From NCBI GenBank assembly GCA_000999465.1, contig LCGB01000003.1, forward strand, positions 4,252 through 68,251: 64,000 nucleotides of DNA. Direction: 5' to 3'. The stretch is from Candidatus Nomurabacteria bacterium GW2011_GWB1_43_19. GTDB lineage: Bacteria > Patescibacteriota > Minisyncoccia > Phycocordibacterales > UBA9973. Position 1 is the first letter of the stretch. Each line of letters opens with the position of its first letter. The position numbers were made by a program, and so were the translations under genes. Of the stretch, positions 48,066 through 57,560 are shown in pieces. The notes below the pieces were generated by a model. That model did no database searches and was not told the DNA's origin. It was given only the letters and a program-made list of their open reading frames with translations.

Positions 48066-49121
48066 CTATCTGCTGATAATGGCTAAAATTATGCCGATAA
48101 TGGCAAAAACCACCGAGAGAATCCAGAAACGCATTGTTACTTTGTATGGTGACCAGCCGATGGCTTCAAAATGGTGGTGTATGGGCGCTAACCTAAAAAT
48201 TCTTTTACCTCCACGTAATTTCTTTGAAACAAGTTGTAAAATAACCGAACCGGATGTAATAACGAGTGGTAGAGCGACAACGGGAAGGATTAGGACCGAA
48301 TCGGTAAGGAATGCTAAGGTCGCCAGGGTGATAGTGAGCCCCATGACACCCGTCTCTCCCATATAAAATCTAGCCGGCGGAATATTGAACCAAAGAAAGG
48401 CTAGGATGGCGCCGGTTATAACTCCAGAAAAGGCGGCAATGTCTATTTGGTTGTTGGCATAAGCTATCGCCGAATAAGCGGTAAATATGGCGGCCAGCAC
48501 TCCGCCCGAGAGCCCGTCAATGCCGTCAATAACCCCGCCGGAAAAAGTGGCAAGCGCAACAATCATGAAAAACGGAATAATCAGAATGTCCAGGTAAATT
48601 TCCCCGCCGAAAGGAATATGGAGAGAAGTCATGCCCAGCTTATAGAAAAACCAGAGGCCTATCAAAAAAGAAATCAGAGCGATGAGAAAGGCCTTCCATT
48701 TGCGCCAGGATTTGTCGTCGCGAGCAAATTTTCCAGTACCATAAATTTGAATCAAGTCATCCCATAGACCTATCAATGAACCGACTAAAAGTGTGAAAAG
48801 TGGTATGAATGTCTGATTACGGCTCAAAAAATTCATTTTCTCCGTATAGAGAGTTGGAAACATTATTGAAACGAGATAAAAAATAAGCGTGGTGAAGAGA
48901 ACACCCATCCAGATTATTATTCCGCCTGCGCGAGGAGTTCGGAGTTCCGCTTCCTCGTTGTGAATTTTCGGAAAGTCGGAAGTGTTTATATTGGTGTTCC
49001 GGGAATACTTCTTCCACATCCTGTATTTGTAGAAAAAATGCGTCGCAACCGGGGTCAATAAAAGGCCCATAAAAAAGGCCACAGTCGTCGGCAGAAAGAT
49101 TTTAATCAGGTCCAAATACAT
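48066..49121 (-). CDS. mraY: Phospho-N-acetylmuramoyl-pentapeptide transferase
   Basis: GLWDD and the DGIDGL motif (as VIDGIDGLSGG). Confidence 0.9.
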   Translation of the reverse strand: MYLDLIKIFLPTTVAFFMGLLLTPVATHFFYKYRMWKKYSRNTNINTSDFPKIHNEEAELRTPRAGGIIIWMGVLFTTLIFYLVSIMFPTLYTEKMNFLSRNQTFIPLFTLLVGSLIGLWDDLIQIYGTGKFARDDKSWRKWKAFLIALISFLIGLWFFYKLGMTSLHIPFGGEIYLDILIIPFFMIVALATFSGGVIDGIDGLSGGVLAAIFTAYSAIAYANNQIDIAAFSGVITGAILAFLWFNIPPARFYMGETGVMGLTITLATLAFLTDSVLILPVVALPLVITSGSVILQLVSKKLRGGKRIFRLAPIHHHFEAIGWSPYKVTMRFWILSVVFAIIGIILAIISR

Positions 49122-49175
49122 AGGATGAGTATAGCATTTTTTGATTAAAATGCATCCGTGTGTTATTGTCTTTAA

Positions 49176-49988
49176 GTGAATAATCTAACTTTCAAACACA
49201 TATTGCCGGTCGCCGTATTAATCCTGCTATGTATTCCGATAGCGACTTCTTCGCTTCTGGACTTGGAGCAAAAAAGAGAAAATGAATTGCTTTTGGAGCA
49301 AGAGCGGATTCAAAAAGAGGCCGAATTGAAAATTTACCTGATGGGTAAATTTGAACCGGCAGAAAGGAAGGATTTTTCCTTGATACCCGAGAAATACAAT
49401 GTCGGAGGATACGGGATGTATTTACGGACGGAAACCCTGGATGCATTCTCGCAGATGGCGAACCAAGCGGAGCAAGACGGGGTAAATTTAAGAATCGCTT
49501 CCGCCACCCGGAACTTTACCTATCAAAAAAGCATCTGGGAAAACAAGTGGACCGGTGTGGCCTATGTGGACGGAGAAAATCTTACGAAAAGCATTCCGAA
49601 TGGACTGGAAAGGTTCAAAAAGATATTGGAATATAACTCCGTTCCGGGCATTTCGCGCCATCATTGGGGTACCGATATAGATATCAATAACGCGAACCTC
49701 TCGTATTTCGGGACGAAAGAAGGTAAAAAGGTGTATGAGTGGCTGGTAAATAATGCTTGGATGTTCGGCTTTTGCCAGCCCTATAATTTAAAAGGGAGCG
49801 AACGGCTGACCGGCTACAATGAAGAAAAATGGCATTGGTCCTATCTTCCACTTGCCCAAAATTTTACGCAAGAATATAAAAATTTAATCAAGACAGAAGA
49901 CATCAACGGCTTCCTGGGCGCTGAATATGGTCCGGGAATAAATTTAATCAGCGACTACGTCCTCGGAATTAATCCGGAGTGCCTCTAA
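49176..49988 (+). CDS. M15 family D-alanyl-D-alanine carboxypeptidase (VanY-like)
   Basis: Signal peptide plus SRHHWGTDIDI and a W..NAW.FGF tail, typical of M15B peptidases. Confidence 0.75.
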   Translation: MNNLTFKHILPVAVLILLCIPIATSSLLDLEQKRENELLLEQERIQKEAELKIYLMGKFEPAERKDFSLIPEKYNVGGYGMYLRTETLDAFSQMANQAEQDGVNLRIASATRNFTYQKSIWENKWTGVAYVDGENLTKSIPNGLERFKKILEYNSVPGISRHHWGTDIDINNANLSYFGTKEGKKVYEWLVNNAWMFGFCQPYNLKGSERLTGYNEEKWHWSYLPLAQNFTQEYKNLIKTEDINGFLGAEYGPGINLISDYVLGINPECL

Positions 49989-50008
49989 TCTACGCTATGG
50001 CGTAGATT
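49987..50008 (+). terminator. Hairpin after M15 peptidase gene
   Basis: AATCTACGCTATGGCGTAGATT is followed by a T-rich tract. Confidence 0.5.
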
Positions 50009-50012
50009 GATT

Positions 50013-50051
50013 TATGTTATCACTTTTGGACGGCCGTCAAATTTGATAACA
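50013..50051. repeat. Conserved 3' block of Cys-rich paralogs (copy at gene B) containing palindrome TTTGACGGCCGTCAAA
   Basis: TTATCACTTTTGGACGGCCGTCAAATTTGATAACATTAA is near-identical to 51362-51401 downstream of gene C. Confidence 0.75.
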
Positions 50052-51356
50052 TTAATACATCTCTGCCTGGTAGCACTTTTCGCAATATACAATTTCCGGC
50101 CTATCCGGAGCATAAGAGGTCTCAAATTCCACCGGGCACCTTGCCCCGCCCTGGCGCGGGTCCCCCGCCCCGTGGAAATGATTTTCTTTCTTACACATAC
50201 ATGAACGGTGCCAAAGTTTGAAAGGGTTGGTTCGTTTAACCCGCGCCTGGTGCCGGCAATGAAAACATCTCCTCGGAATAGGTATGTTCATTTTCTTATA
50301 AAAATTCAGTTCGTTCGAGACAATCTTGTAATTTCTCTTGCAGTTTGTGCACGCCAAAATTTCTTCCAGAATTGAATCGCCGACATCATCGATTGATTCG
50401 GGAATTTTTCCCGGCAATAAAGTTTCTTTGCCGGTAGTTTTTTGTATGTTGTTTTGCCAATTATACCCCGCTTCATTTGCTTCTTTTTTCGCAAGCGGAA
50501 ATTGTTCCATAGCGCAAGATTCGTTATAGCCGAAATATGAAAGTTCTACCGGAAAATATTCCCCGTATGAATACTTATTACCTTTTTTATCTAAAAAAGG
50601 CATGGTATCCATGTGCTCCATAATTTTAGGCATAAGTTCCCCATATTGTTCTTTGGTATATTGTTTATTAAAAATGCAATAATTCGTATTGCGTAGCCCC
50701 ACACAGCCGAAAACATGCTTGCAGTTGTGGCAATCGTAAAGAAATTGCGAGTCAACGCAGGCCAAGCAGATTTCCGAATATTTGGTCTGATATGACTTAC
50801 TACAAAGAATGCATTCATATATCCAATTGCTCTCTGACCGGATATTCATGCAGTCCACAATATCTTTGCCTTTCAATATGAAGAAGCTGTACATGACATT
50901 TTCCACGTACCATCCGGAAAAGCACATATAGCAATTCTTGGAAAACCACCAGTCGTGGGTGTATTCGCAGTTCAAGCTGGCAATCCCGTCGTCATTAACA
51001 ATTGCCATGTGCGGGACTCTTTTCATCAACTCAATGAATTGGGCAAAAAATGGCTTTGAAAAATCATAGTCAACCCCGTAACTTTTCGGATCCCATTTAT
51101 CACTCCACCAGCATTTATTGCAGTACACAATAATCCCGGAATCCGGATGGTAAATGGAAATAATTCCTTTGCCGCACAGGTCACATTTGCGATTATAAAG
51201 GGACATATTGTTCCTCCAGGCCCAACGCCTCTGCCTCCGGCAGTCCGGACAAAAGGTTGGCGGGGGAACCTTTATTTTCTCGTAAAATCCGAAATCATCC
51301 GGTTCTATAGTAAAATTCTTTTTGCAATTAACACAATTTTTTATATCCTGTTTCAT
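50052..51356 (-). CDS. Cysteine-rich multi-zinc-ribbon protein, paralog (family member B)
   Basis: Same modules as the 34811 ORF: CVNCKKNFTIEPDDFGFYEKIKVPPPTFCPDCRRQRR ... CVDSQFLYDCHNCKHVFGCVGLRNTNYCIFNKQYTKEQY ... CTNCKRNYKIV..FYKKMNIPIPRRCFHCR ... ETSYAPDRPEIVYCEKCYQAEMY. Confidence 0.7.
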   Translation of the reverse strand: MKQDIKNCVNCKKNFTIEPDDFGFYEKIKVPPPTFCPDCRRQRRWAWRNNMSLYNRKCDLCGKGIISIYHPDSGIIVYCNKCWWSDKWDPKSYGVDYDFSKPFFAQFIELMKRVPHMAIVNDDGIASLNCEYTHDWWFSKNCYMCFSGWYVENVMYSFFILKGKDIVDCMNIRSESNWIYECILCSKSYQTKYSEICLACVDSQFLYDCHNCKHVFGCVGLRNTNYCIFNKQYTKEQYGELMPKIMEHMDTMPFLDKKGNKYSYGEYFPVELSYFGYNESCAMEQFPLAKKEANEAGYNWQNNIQKTTGKETLLPGKIPESIDDVGDSILEEILACTNCKRNYKIVSNELNFYKKMNIPIPRRCFHCRHQARVKRTNPFKLWHRSCMCKKENHFHGAGDPRQGGARCPVEFETSYAPDRPEIVYCEKCYQAEMY

Positions 51357-51361
51357 TTTAT

Positions 51362-51401
51362 TTATATTATCACTTTTGGACGGCCGTCAAATTTGATAAC
51401 A
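51362..51401. repeat. Conserved 3' block of Cys-rich paralogs (copy at gene C) containing palindrome TTTGACGGCCGTCAAA
   Basis: Same sequence as 50013-50051. It directly abuts the start codon of gene B. Confidence 0.75.
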
Positions 51402-53132
51402 TTAATACACTTCTGCCTGATAGCATTTCTCGCAGTATATGATTTCCGGTCGGTTGGGGGCGTAGGATGTTTCAAATTTGTTAAGGCAACCCTTTTTCAT
51501 ACATTTGCGGTGCCAGAGTTTACGTGGGTTACGCAAGACAAACCTGTCTTGTCTGCGACATGAAAAACATTTTTCTGGAATAGGTAGGTTGAGTATTTTG
51601 CATAATGAAAGTTCTAAAGGAATAATTTTGAAAGCGGTTATGCATAAGGGATATTTTTCTTTTTCACTGGAGGAGTTTTGTGAAGAGCATTGAATTGTTT
51701 CTTTTGCAAGATTTTCCTTTATATCGCTAAAAGTTTTCGGCAGATTTTTAGTCAGAAGCGTTATTTGATAATCGCGGGGTGGCCGGTCATACCAGGTGTA
51801 ACCCTTTTTAAGGACTTCATTTTTGGTTAGGGGGAAATAATCTTGCGCCATTGACTCGTTGTAGGCAAACGGTGAGACCCGCGCCGGGAAATATTCCCCC
51901 CATTCCTTTGTCTTCCTCATGTGCTCAATTATCTCACTTTTGAGTTTGGTATATTGCTCCTTTGTGTATTGCTTGTTTAATATGCAGTATTGCCCTTTTT
52001 TAAGACCAAAACATCCAAAACAATTATCCGTTGTAAAGCACATATCGCAGTAACATGAATCCGTTATGCTGTTAAAACAACTTCTGATAAACATTGACCG
52101 GTGCGGCGACTCAACCCCTTGAACTTCATACGATAATTCACCAATAATTACTTCCGTGCAATCCTGACAATCAGCCGTCTTAAACCACACATCTTGCATA
52201 TACGCAGTATCTTTAAGAAGATGACAATTAAATACACGTCGTGCTCGTTGCGTACTTCCTATATAATCTCCTGTCGAATTTTGAATTTTTGAACCATGAT
52301 AATATTTTACCGGAGTACTAATGTTAAGTTCCATAACTTTTTTTTTCGATTCTTCTATGGAACTCCTATTAAATGAAAATTTTTTTAATTTTTCTTCATA
52401 TTGCGTTTTTGTAAGAGCTTTATTAAACCAATAATACTGCCTCTTGCGGAGACCCACACATCCAAAACAATTCAAACATCCCCTACAATCAATACAAAAT
52501 TCAAGTCCGACAGAATCAAAACAATCTTGACACCATACACATTTAGAACACCTTGCAATATTCATACATTCATAACAAAACTCACTTTTAAAGGCCATGT
52601 AGCAGTCGCTTAAAAAGTGACTGTCATGACACCAGCTTCCATACATACACTTTTCATTTGAGCCGCTGGTAACCAGCATATAACACTCCTTGTTGTCCTG
52701 AGACTGGTTTGTGTACTCGCTGTTAACGCTGTTTGAATTAACCATCGCCAGATGTGGCACTTCACGGCGAAGCTCTTCATACTGTTCAAAAAAGGACCGG
52801 CTAAAATCAAAGTCTCGCCCGTAATCCTTGGCATCAAAGGCGTCGGATTTCCAATATTCCTGCTCATACACCGAGAATGGAGCATCTGGGCGATAAATAG
52901 AAATAATGTCTTTTCCTGTAGCGTCGCATTTTCTTTTATAAAAGTTATATTCGTTTCTGTCTAACAAGCGCCTGATGTATCGACAATCCGGGCAAAAGGT
53001 TGGCGGGGGAACCTTTATTTTCTCGTAAAATCCGAAATCATCCGGCTCGATTATAAAATTGCCCTTACAATTCTGACACACCACATTTTGTGATTTATAT
53101 TCCATAACTTTTTTGTCCCGATTCTGATTCAT
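51402..53132 (-). CDS. Cysteine-rich multi-zinc-ribbon protein, paralog (family member C)
   Basis: N-terminal CQNCKGNFIIEPDDFGFYEKIKVPPPTFCPDCRYIRR. The core is richer in CxxC (CSKCVWCQDCFDSVGLEFCIDCRGCLNCFGCVGL; CYCDMCFTTDNCFGCFGL...CILNKQYTKEQY). Also SPFAYNES and C-terminal ETSYAPNRPEIIYCEKCYQAEVY. Confidence 0.7.
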   Translation of the reverse strand: MNQNRDKKVMEYKSQNVVCQNCKGNFIIEPDDFGFYEKIKVPPPTFCPDCRYIRRLLDRNEYNFYKRKCDATGKDIISIYRPDAPFSVYEQEYWKSDAFDAKDYGRDFDFSRSFFEQYEELRREVPHLAMVNSNSVNSEYTNQSQDNKECYMLVTSGSNEKCMYGSWCHDSHFLSDCYMAFKSEFCYECMNIARCSKCVWCQDCFDSVGLEFCIDCRGCLNCFGCVGLRKRQYYWFNKALTKTQYEEKLKKFSFNRSSIEESKKKVMELNISTPVKYYHGSKIQNSTGDYIGSTQRARRVFNCHLLKDTAYMQDVWFKTADCQDCTEVIIGELSYEVQGVESPHRSMFIRSCFNSITDSCYCDMCFTTDNCFGCFGLKKGQYCILNKQYTKEQYTKLKSEIIEHMRKTKEWGEYFPARVSPFAYNESMAQDYFPLTKNEVLKKGYTWYDRPPRDYQITLLTKNLPKTFSDIKENLAKETIQCSSQNSSSEKEKYPLCITAFKIIPLELSLCKILNLPIPEKCFSCRRQDRFVLRNPRKLWHRKCMKKGCLNKFETSYAPNRPEIIYCEKCYQAEVY

Positions 53133-53258
53133 CAGAATCGTGGATCCTCGATTTTTTAAATTTCAAGAAATCGGGACAATTCTGGCATATTTTTGTTTCA
53201 CTTTGCATATTTTTCTATTCTATAATTCTATAGAATATTAGAATACCGAGCAATGTAA

Positions 53259-53846
53259 TTAATTTTCTTCTTTGCTTTCTTCTTCCAAATTTTTGGCGGC
53301 GATTTCTATGGAACCGTTCACTTCTGCCCAGTCCGGCAGTTCTTCCAAAGATTTTATTCCCATATACGACATCAGCTCAAAGCTTGGCTTGTAGATATAC
53401 CGCCGGTTGTCTTTCGGGTCCGTTTCCCTTTCCACCAGTCCGCGCACCGAAAGAGCCCGTAAAATAAAGCTTGAATTGACTCCCCGGATATAGTCAATTT
53501 CCGACCGGCTGATGCCGTTCTTGTAAAGAATGATTGACAGGGTCTCCAAACTGGCCTTGGAAAGTTCTTTATTTAACTCTTCCTTTTGCAGTTTTTCAAT
53601 CAGCGGGCTCAATTCCGGGGCGGTGCCGAGCGTGATTTCGTCGTCCTTTTCAATCAGGACTATTCCCCTATTCTTCAAATTCTCTTTCAATTTTTCTATC
53701 GCTTCGTTTATCTCTAACTGCCCTATCCTTCCTTGTCCGTCCGAAGCCTTAGCGGAGGAGGATAAAATCTCCGCCAGCCTTTTCCGCGACATGGGCTCCC
53801 CTTTCCAGAACAATATGGCTTCAATTTTATTTTGTAAATTACTCAT
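53259..53846 (-). CDS. scpB: Segregation and condensation protein B
   Basis: Winged-helix pair KIEAILFWKGEPMSRKRLAEIL... The track ORF starts at 53894; Met 53846 avoids overlap with scpA. Confidence 0.8.
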   Translation of the reverse strand: MSNLQNKIEAILFWKGEPMSRKRLAEILSSSAKASDGQGRIGQLEINEAIEKLKENLKNRGIVLIEKDDEITLGTAPELSPLIEKLQKEELNKELSKASLETLSIILYKNGISRSEIDYIRGVNSSFILRALSVRGLVERETDPKDNRRYIYKPSFELMSYMGIKSLEELPDWAEVNGSIEIAAKNLEEESKEEN

Positions 53847-54570
53847 TATTTTTACTAATAATAATATCTCCCGCGTGCATTTCCTGGGTCGCATCCACTA
53901 TTCCCTGCCGGATAAGTTCCAACATGGCCAGGAATCCCACAATCATGACTATCTTTTCTTCGCGCGTAGCCGAGGCGACCAGCTGTCCGTTGAAATCTTT
54001 GAAATTCATTTTTAAAGAATTTTTTATCCGATCCGTCAGTTTGTTTATCATCTCTTCAATGCTTACCACTTTTCTCACTTCCACTTCCGGCATTAAAATC
54101 TTTTTCGGCATTGCCCCCAAGACATTCCGGGCAAAAGTCATTATGCTTTTTTTGGTGATTTGTTCATCCGGTAAGAATATCAGGAAATTATTTTTCCGTT
54201 CCAAAGGCGCGAAGATTATTCTCCTGCCGAATTGGCTTTTTATATTTCCTCCCAATTTGGTAAAAAGTTCGTATAAACGCAGCCGCTCTTCTAAATTTTT
54301 TATGTCGCCCTCTTCTTCCCCGGTCAGATCCAGATTGGGCAGGAGCGACTTGGACTTGATTAAAAGCAGGGTGGAGGCCACTAGAATAAAACTGGCAATC
54401 TCGGCCGGGGGCAATCCCCCTAATTTATTCATGTATTTCAAATAGTCCTCGGTAACGGCCGCCAGAGACACGTCGTTGATGAAAAGCTTGCGCTTCTCCA
54501 CCAGTTCTAACAACAGGGCAAACGGACCCTCAAATCCGGAGGTCTTTATTTTATAACTTTGGGTTTCCAC
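53839..54570 (-). CDS. scpA: Segregation and condensation protein A
   Basis: FEGPFALLLELVEKRKLFINDVSL kleisin N-terminus. It lies upstream of scpB. Confidence 0.8.
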   Translation of the reverse strand: METQSYKIKTSGFEGPFALLLELVEKRKLFINDVSLAAVTEDYLKYMNKLGGLPPAEIASFILVASTLLLIKSKSLLPNLDLTGEEEGDIKNLEERLRLYELFTKLGGNIKSQFGRRIIFAPLERKNNFLIFLPDEQITKKSIMTFARNVLGAMPKKILMPEVEVRKVVSIEEMINKLTDRIKNSLKMNFKDFNGQLVASATREEKIVMIVGFLAMLELIRQGIVDATQEMHAGDIIISKNNE

Positions 54571-54615
54571 CCTTGTATATTAGCATTTTTTAAGGAAAAA
54601 GATATAATAAAACTC

Positions 54616-55956
54616 ATGAAAAGAAAATCCACTGCAAAAAGAACCACACGCTCTGCCGCCTACGAACCCAGTAAAATAATCCTTGACCGCTACGCTAAAG
54701 TCCTGGTCCGTTTCGCTCTGGGCGGCGGCAAAGGCATAAAGAAGGGTGATGTCGTCCAGGTCAGCAGTTCCGAGTCCGCCCGCAGGCTTTATTTTGCCGT
54801 ATGTAATGCCATTATTGATGCCGGTGGCCATGTATTGCCGAACTATTCGCCTGACGCAGAACGGGGGGATCGCCGTCGCAGTGAGAGTTTTACCAGATAT
54901 TTTTACGAACACGCGCAGGACCACCAGATGGACCACTTTCCCCATAAATATCTTAAGGGGTTAGTGGACCAGATGGACCATTCTGTTTTTATTCTGGCGG
55001 ATGCCGACCCTCATGCGCTCCGGGGTGTGAACCCAAAAAAAATCATGCGCCGCGGCGTCGCACTCAAGCGCTTTATGGACTGGCGTCATGAGAAGGAATG
55101 GCAGGGTAAATTTACCTGGACCATCGCCTTGTACGGCACATCGGCAATGGCCCGTGAGGCAGGACTGGGCGAGCGCGAATACTGGAGACAAATTATCAAG
55201 GCCTGTTTTCTGGACGAAAAAGACCCAATCAAAAAATGGAAAGATGTGTATCGTAAAATGGAGCACTACCGCACTCGCCTAAACCGGCTGGCTCCAAAGA
55301 CCGACCGGATTTATGTCGTCGGCCCGGATGTGAATCTCTGGGTAAAGCTCGGAGAAAAACGAAACTGGCTTGGGGGCAGCGGCCGCAATATTCCTTCCTT
55401 TGAATTGTTTACTTCGCCGGACTGGCGCGGGACTTCCGGCTGGATTCGCTTCAATCAGCCCCTTTATCGGTATAGTAATAAAATAATCGGCATTGAACTC
55501 GTGTTTGAAAATGGCAGAGTCGTTAAATCCAAGGCCAAAACTAATGAAAAGTTGCTAAAAGAAATGATCGCCACAAAGGGCGCAGATAAGATCGGAGAAT
55601 TTTCTTTGACTGACCGTAGATTTTCGCGCATTACTAAATTCATGGCTGAAACCCTTTTCGACGAGAACATGGGCGGCCCGCACGGCAATACCCACATTGC
55701 AGTAGGTATGTCTTATCGCGACACCTACGCCGGCGATGCCTCCAAACTTTCTAAAAAAGAGGCCGAGGCCTTGGGCTTTAATGATTCCTCAGTGCATACG
55801 GATATGATTTCAACCGCGCCCCGCACCGTTACCGCCCACCTCAAAAACGGCCCCGGCGCCTCTCGGGTTATCTCCCAGGTCCTGGAACGCCTGGAAGGTA
55901 ATATTGCATGGCTGAAAAAGGATGAGAAAAAAATTGAGGGGTTTTTAGAAAAATAA
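54616..55956 (+). CDS. M29 family aminopeptidase (AmpS/PepS-like)
   Basis: N-terminal region YAKVLVRFALGGGKGIKKGDVVQV and overall length are consistent with thermophilic metalloprotease M29. The assignment is moderate. Confidence 0.6.
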   Translation: MKRKSTAKRTTRSAAYEPSKIILDRYAKVLVRFALGGGKGIKKGDVVQVSSSESARRLYFAVCNAIIDAGGHVLPNYSPDAERGDRRRSESFTRYFYEHAQDHQMDHFPHKYLKGLVDQMDHSVFILADADPHALRGVNPKKIMRRGVALKRFMDWRHEKEWQGKFTWTIALYGTSAMAREAGLGEREYWRQIIKACFLDEKDPIKKWKDVYRKMEHYRTRLNRLAPKTDRIYVVGPDVNLWVKLGEKRNWLGGSGRNIPSFELFTSPDWRGTSGWIRFNQPLYRYSNKIIGIELVFENGRVVKSKAKTNEKLLKEMIATKGADKIGEFSLTDRRFSRITKFMAETLFDENMGGPHGNTHIAVGMSYRDTYAGDASKLSKKEAEALGFNDSSVHTDMISTAPRTVTAHLKNGPGASRVISQVLERLEGNIAWLKKDEKKIEGFLEK

Positions 55957-55957
55957 T

Positions 55958-56290
55958 TTAATTGCGCGCGTCTACTTTCGCCGCAACGATAAAATCATTC
56001 TCGGAGAGTCCGCCGATGGCGTGGGTGGAAAGCGAAAGCAGCACTTTGCTGTAGTTTATTTTTATGTCCGGGTGGTGGCCTTCGGATTCGGCGATTTCGG
56101 CCACATTGTTGACGAAATTGATCGCTCCGATGAAATCCTTGAATTTGAATTGTTTGGAAATTTGTTTCGCCCCTTCGTTCAATTCCCAATCCGGTACATC
56201 CCCCATATATTTTAACGCCTCATCTTTGGAGAGCGGCACCGCTCCCCCTTCGCACGGCACGCATTTTTTCTTTAGTAAATCCATTTGCAA
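55958..56290 (-). CDS. Pterin-4-alpha-carbinolamine dehydratase
   Basis: EGHHPD signature (EGHHPDIKINYSKV). 110 aa. Confidence 0.8.
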   Translation of the reverse strand: MQMDLLKKKCVPCEGGAVPLSKDEALKYMGDVPDWELNEGAKQISKQFKFKDFIGAINFVNNVAEIAESEGHHPDIKINYSKVLLSLSTHAIGGLSENDFIVAAKVDARN

Positions 56291-56321
56291 TAATTATACC
56301 ATAAATAAGTGACAAAGAATT

Positions 56322-57560
56322 CTAAAGCTCGTCTAAATTTAGAAATATGTGCCCCATTTTATTACGCTTTGTGATAAGGTAATTTTTATTATATTCGTTT
56401 GATTTTATTTCTATCGGAACATTCTCTACAATTTCAAAACCATATCCCGTAAGACCAGCGCGTTTTTTGGGATTGTTTGTCAAGAGACGAATTTTAGAAA
56501 CACCCAGATCCCTCAAAATCTGCGCCCCAATGCCGTAGTCCCTTTCATCCATTTTGAAACCAAGTTTCAAATTTGCTTCTACCGTGTCAAAACCTTGTTC
56601 TTGTAGTTTGTAAGCTTTTAATTTATTTAAAAGACCTATTCCTCTGCCTTCTTGATTCATATATACAATCACACCCTTACCTGCAATACTTATGAGCTCC
56701 ATCGCCCTCTCAAGCTGAGGTCCGCAGTCGCACCTAAAAGACCCAAAAACATCTCCAGTAATGCAAGAAGAATGCATCCGCACCAAAATAGGTTCGTTTT
56801 CCCCCCAGACACCTTTAACCAAAGCCAGATTTTCTTCGCCCGTATTTTGGTGGCGATAGATGTAAAGATTAAAATCTCCCCATTTTGTTGGCAATTTTAC
56901 TTGTACTTCTTTTTTTATAAGAGTCTCTTTCTTTAATCTATAACGTATTAAATCTTCTATGCTAATTATTTTTAATTTAAATTTTTTTGCGATTTTAAAT
57001 AATTCCGGCAGCCGCGCCATCGCGCCATCTTTCTTCATAATCTCTACCAGAATACCTGCCGGCTCCATACCCGCCAAGCGCGCCAAATCTACAGCCGCCT
57101 CCGTATGCCCGGCTCTTCTTAAAATTCCACCGTCCATGGCTTGAATAGGGAAAATATGCCCTGGTCGGCCAAGATTGTTGGGTTTTATTGAAGGATCAAC
57201 TAAAGCTTGTATTGTCTTTGCTCTATCATGAGCAGAAATACCTGTTGTACAACCGTGTCCAAGCAGGTCAACTGAAATAGTGAAAGATGTGGAATGAAAA
57301 GACGTATTTTTAGAAGACATCATAGGAAGCTCCAGCTCTCTACACCTCTCTTCTGTAAGAGATACACAAACGAGGCCACGCCCATGGGTTGTCATAAAAT
57401 TGATTATTTCGGGTGTCGCATTTTTAGCAGCCGTTACAAAATCTCCTTCATTTTCGCGATTTGCGTCATCCACTACGATTACAATTTTGCTGGACTTTAT
57501 GTCTGAAATAGCGTCTTCTATAGAATTTAATTTAAATTCAGTTTTTTGATTTTTTTTCAT
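56322..57560 (-). CDS. ribBA: Bifunctional 3,4-dihydroxy-2-butanone-4-phosphate synthase / GTP cyclohydrolase II
   Basis: [12 protein letters not shown] (DHBP synthase) and [20 protein letters not shown] (GTP cyclohydrolase II zinc site). Confidence 0.9.
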   Translation of the reverse strand: MKKNQKTEFKLNSIEDAISDIKSSKIVIVVDDANRENEGDFVTAAKNATPEIINFMTTHGRGLVCVSLTEERCRELELPMMSSKNTSFHSTSFTISVDLLGHGCTTGISAHDRAKTIQALVDPSIKPNNLGRPGHIFPIQAMDGGILRRAGHTEAAVDLARLAGMEPAGILVEIMKKDGAMARLPELFKIAKKFKLKIISIEDLIRYRLKKETLIKKEVQVKLPTKWGDFNLYIYRHQNTGEENLALVKGVWGENEPILVRMHSSCITGDVFGSFRCDCGPQLERAMELISIAGKGVIVYMNQEGRGIGLLNKLKAYKLQEQGFDTVEANLKLGFKMDERDYGIGAQILRDLGVSKIRLLTNNPKKRAGLTGYGFEIVENVPIEIKSNEYNKNYLITKRNKMGHIFLNLDEL

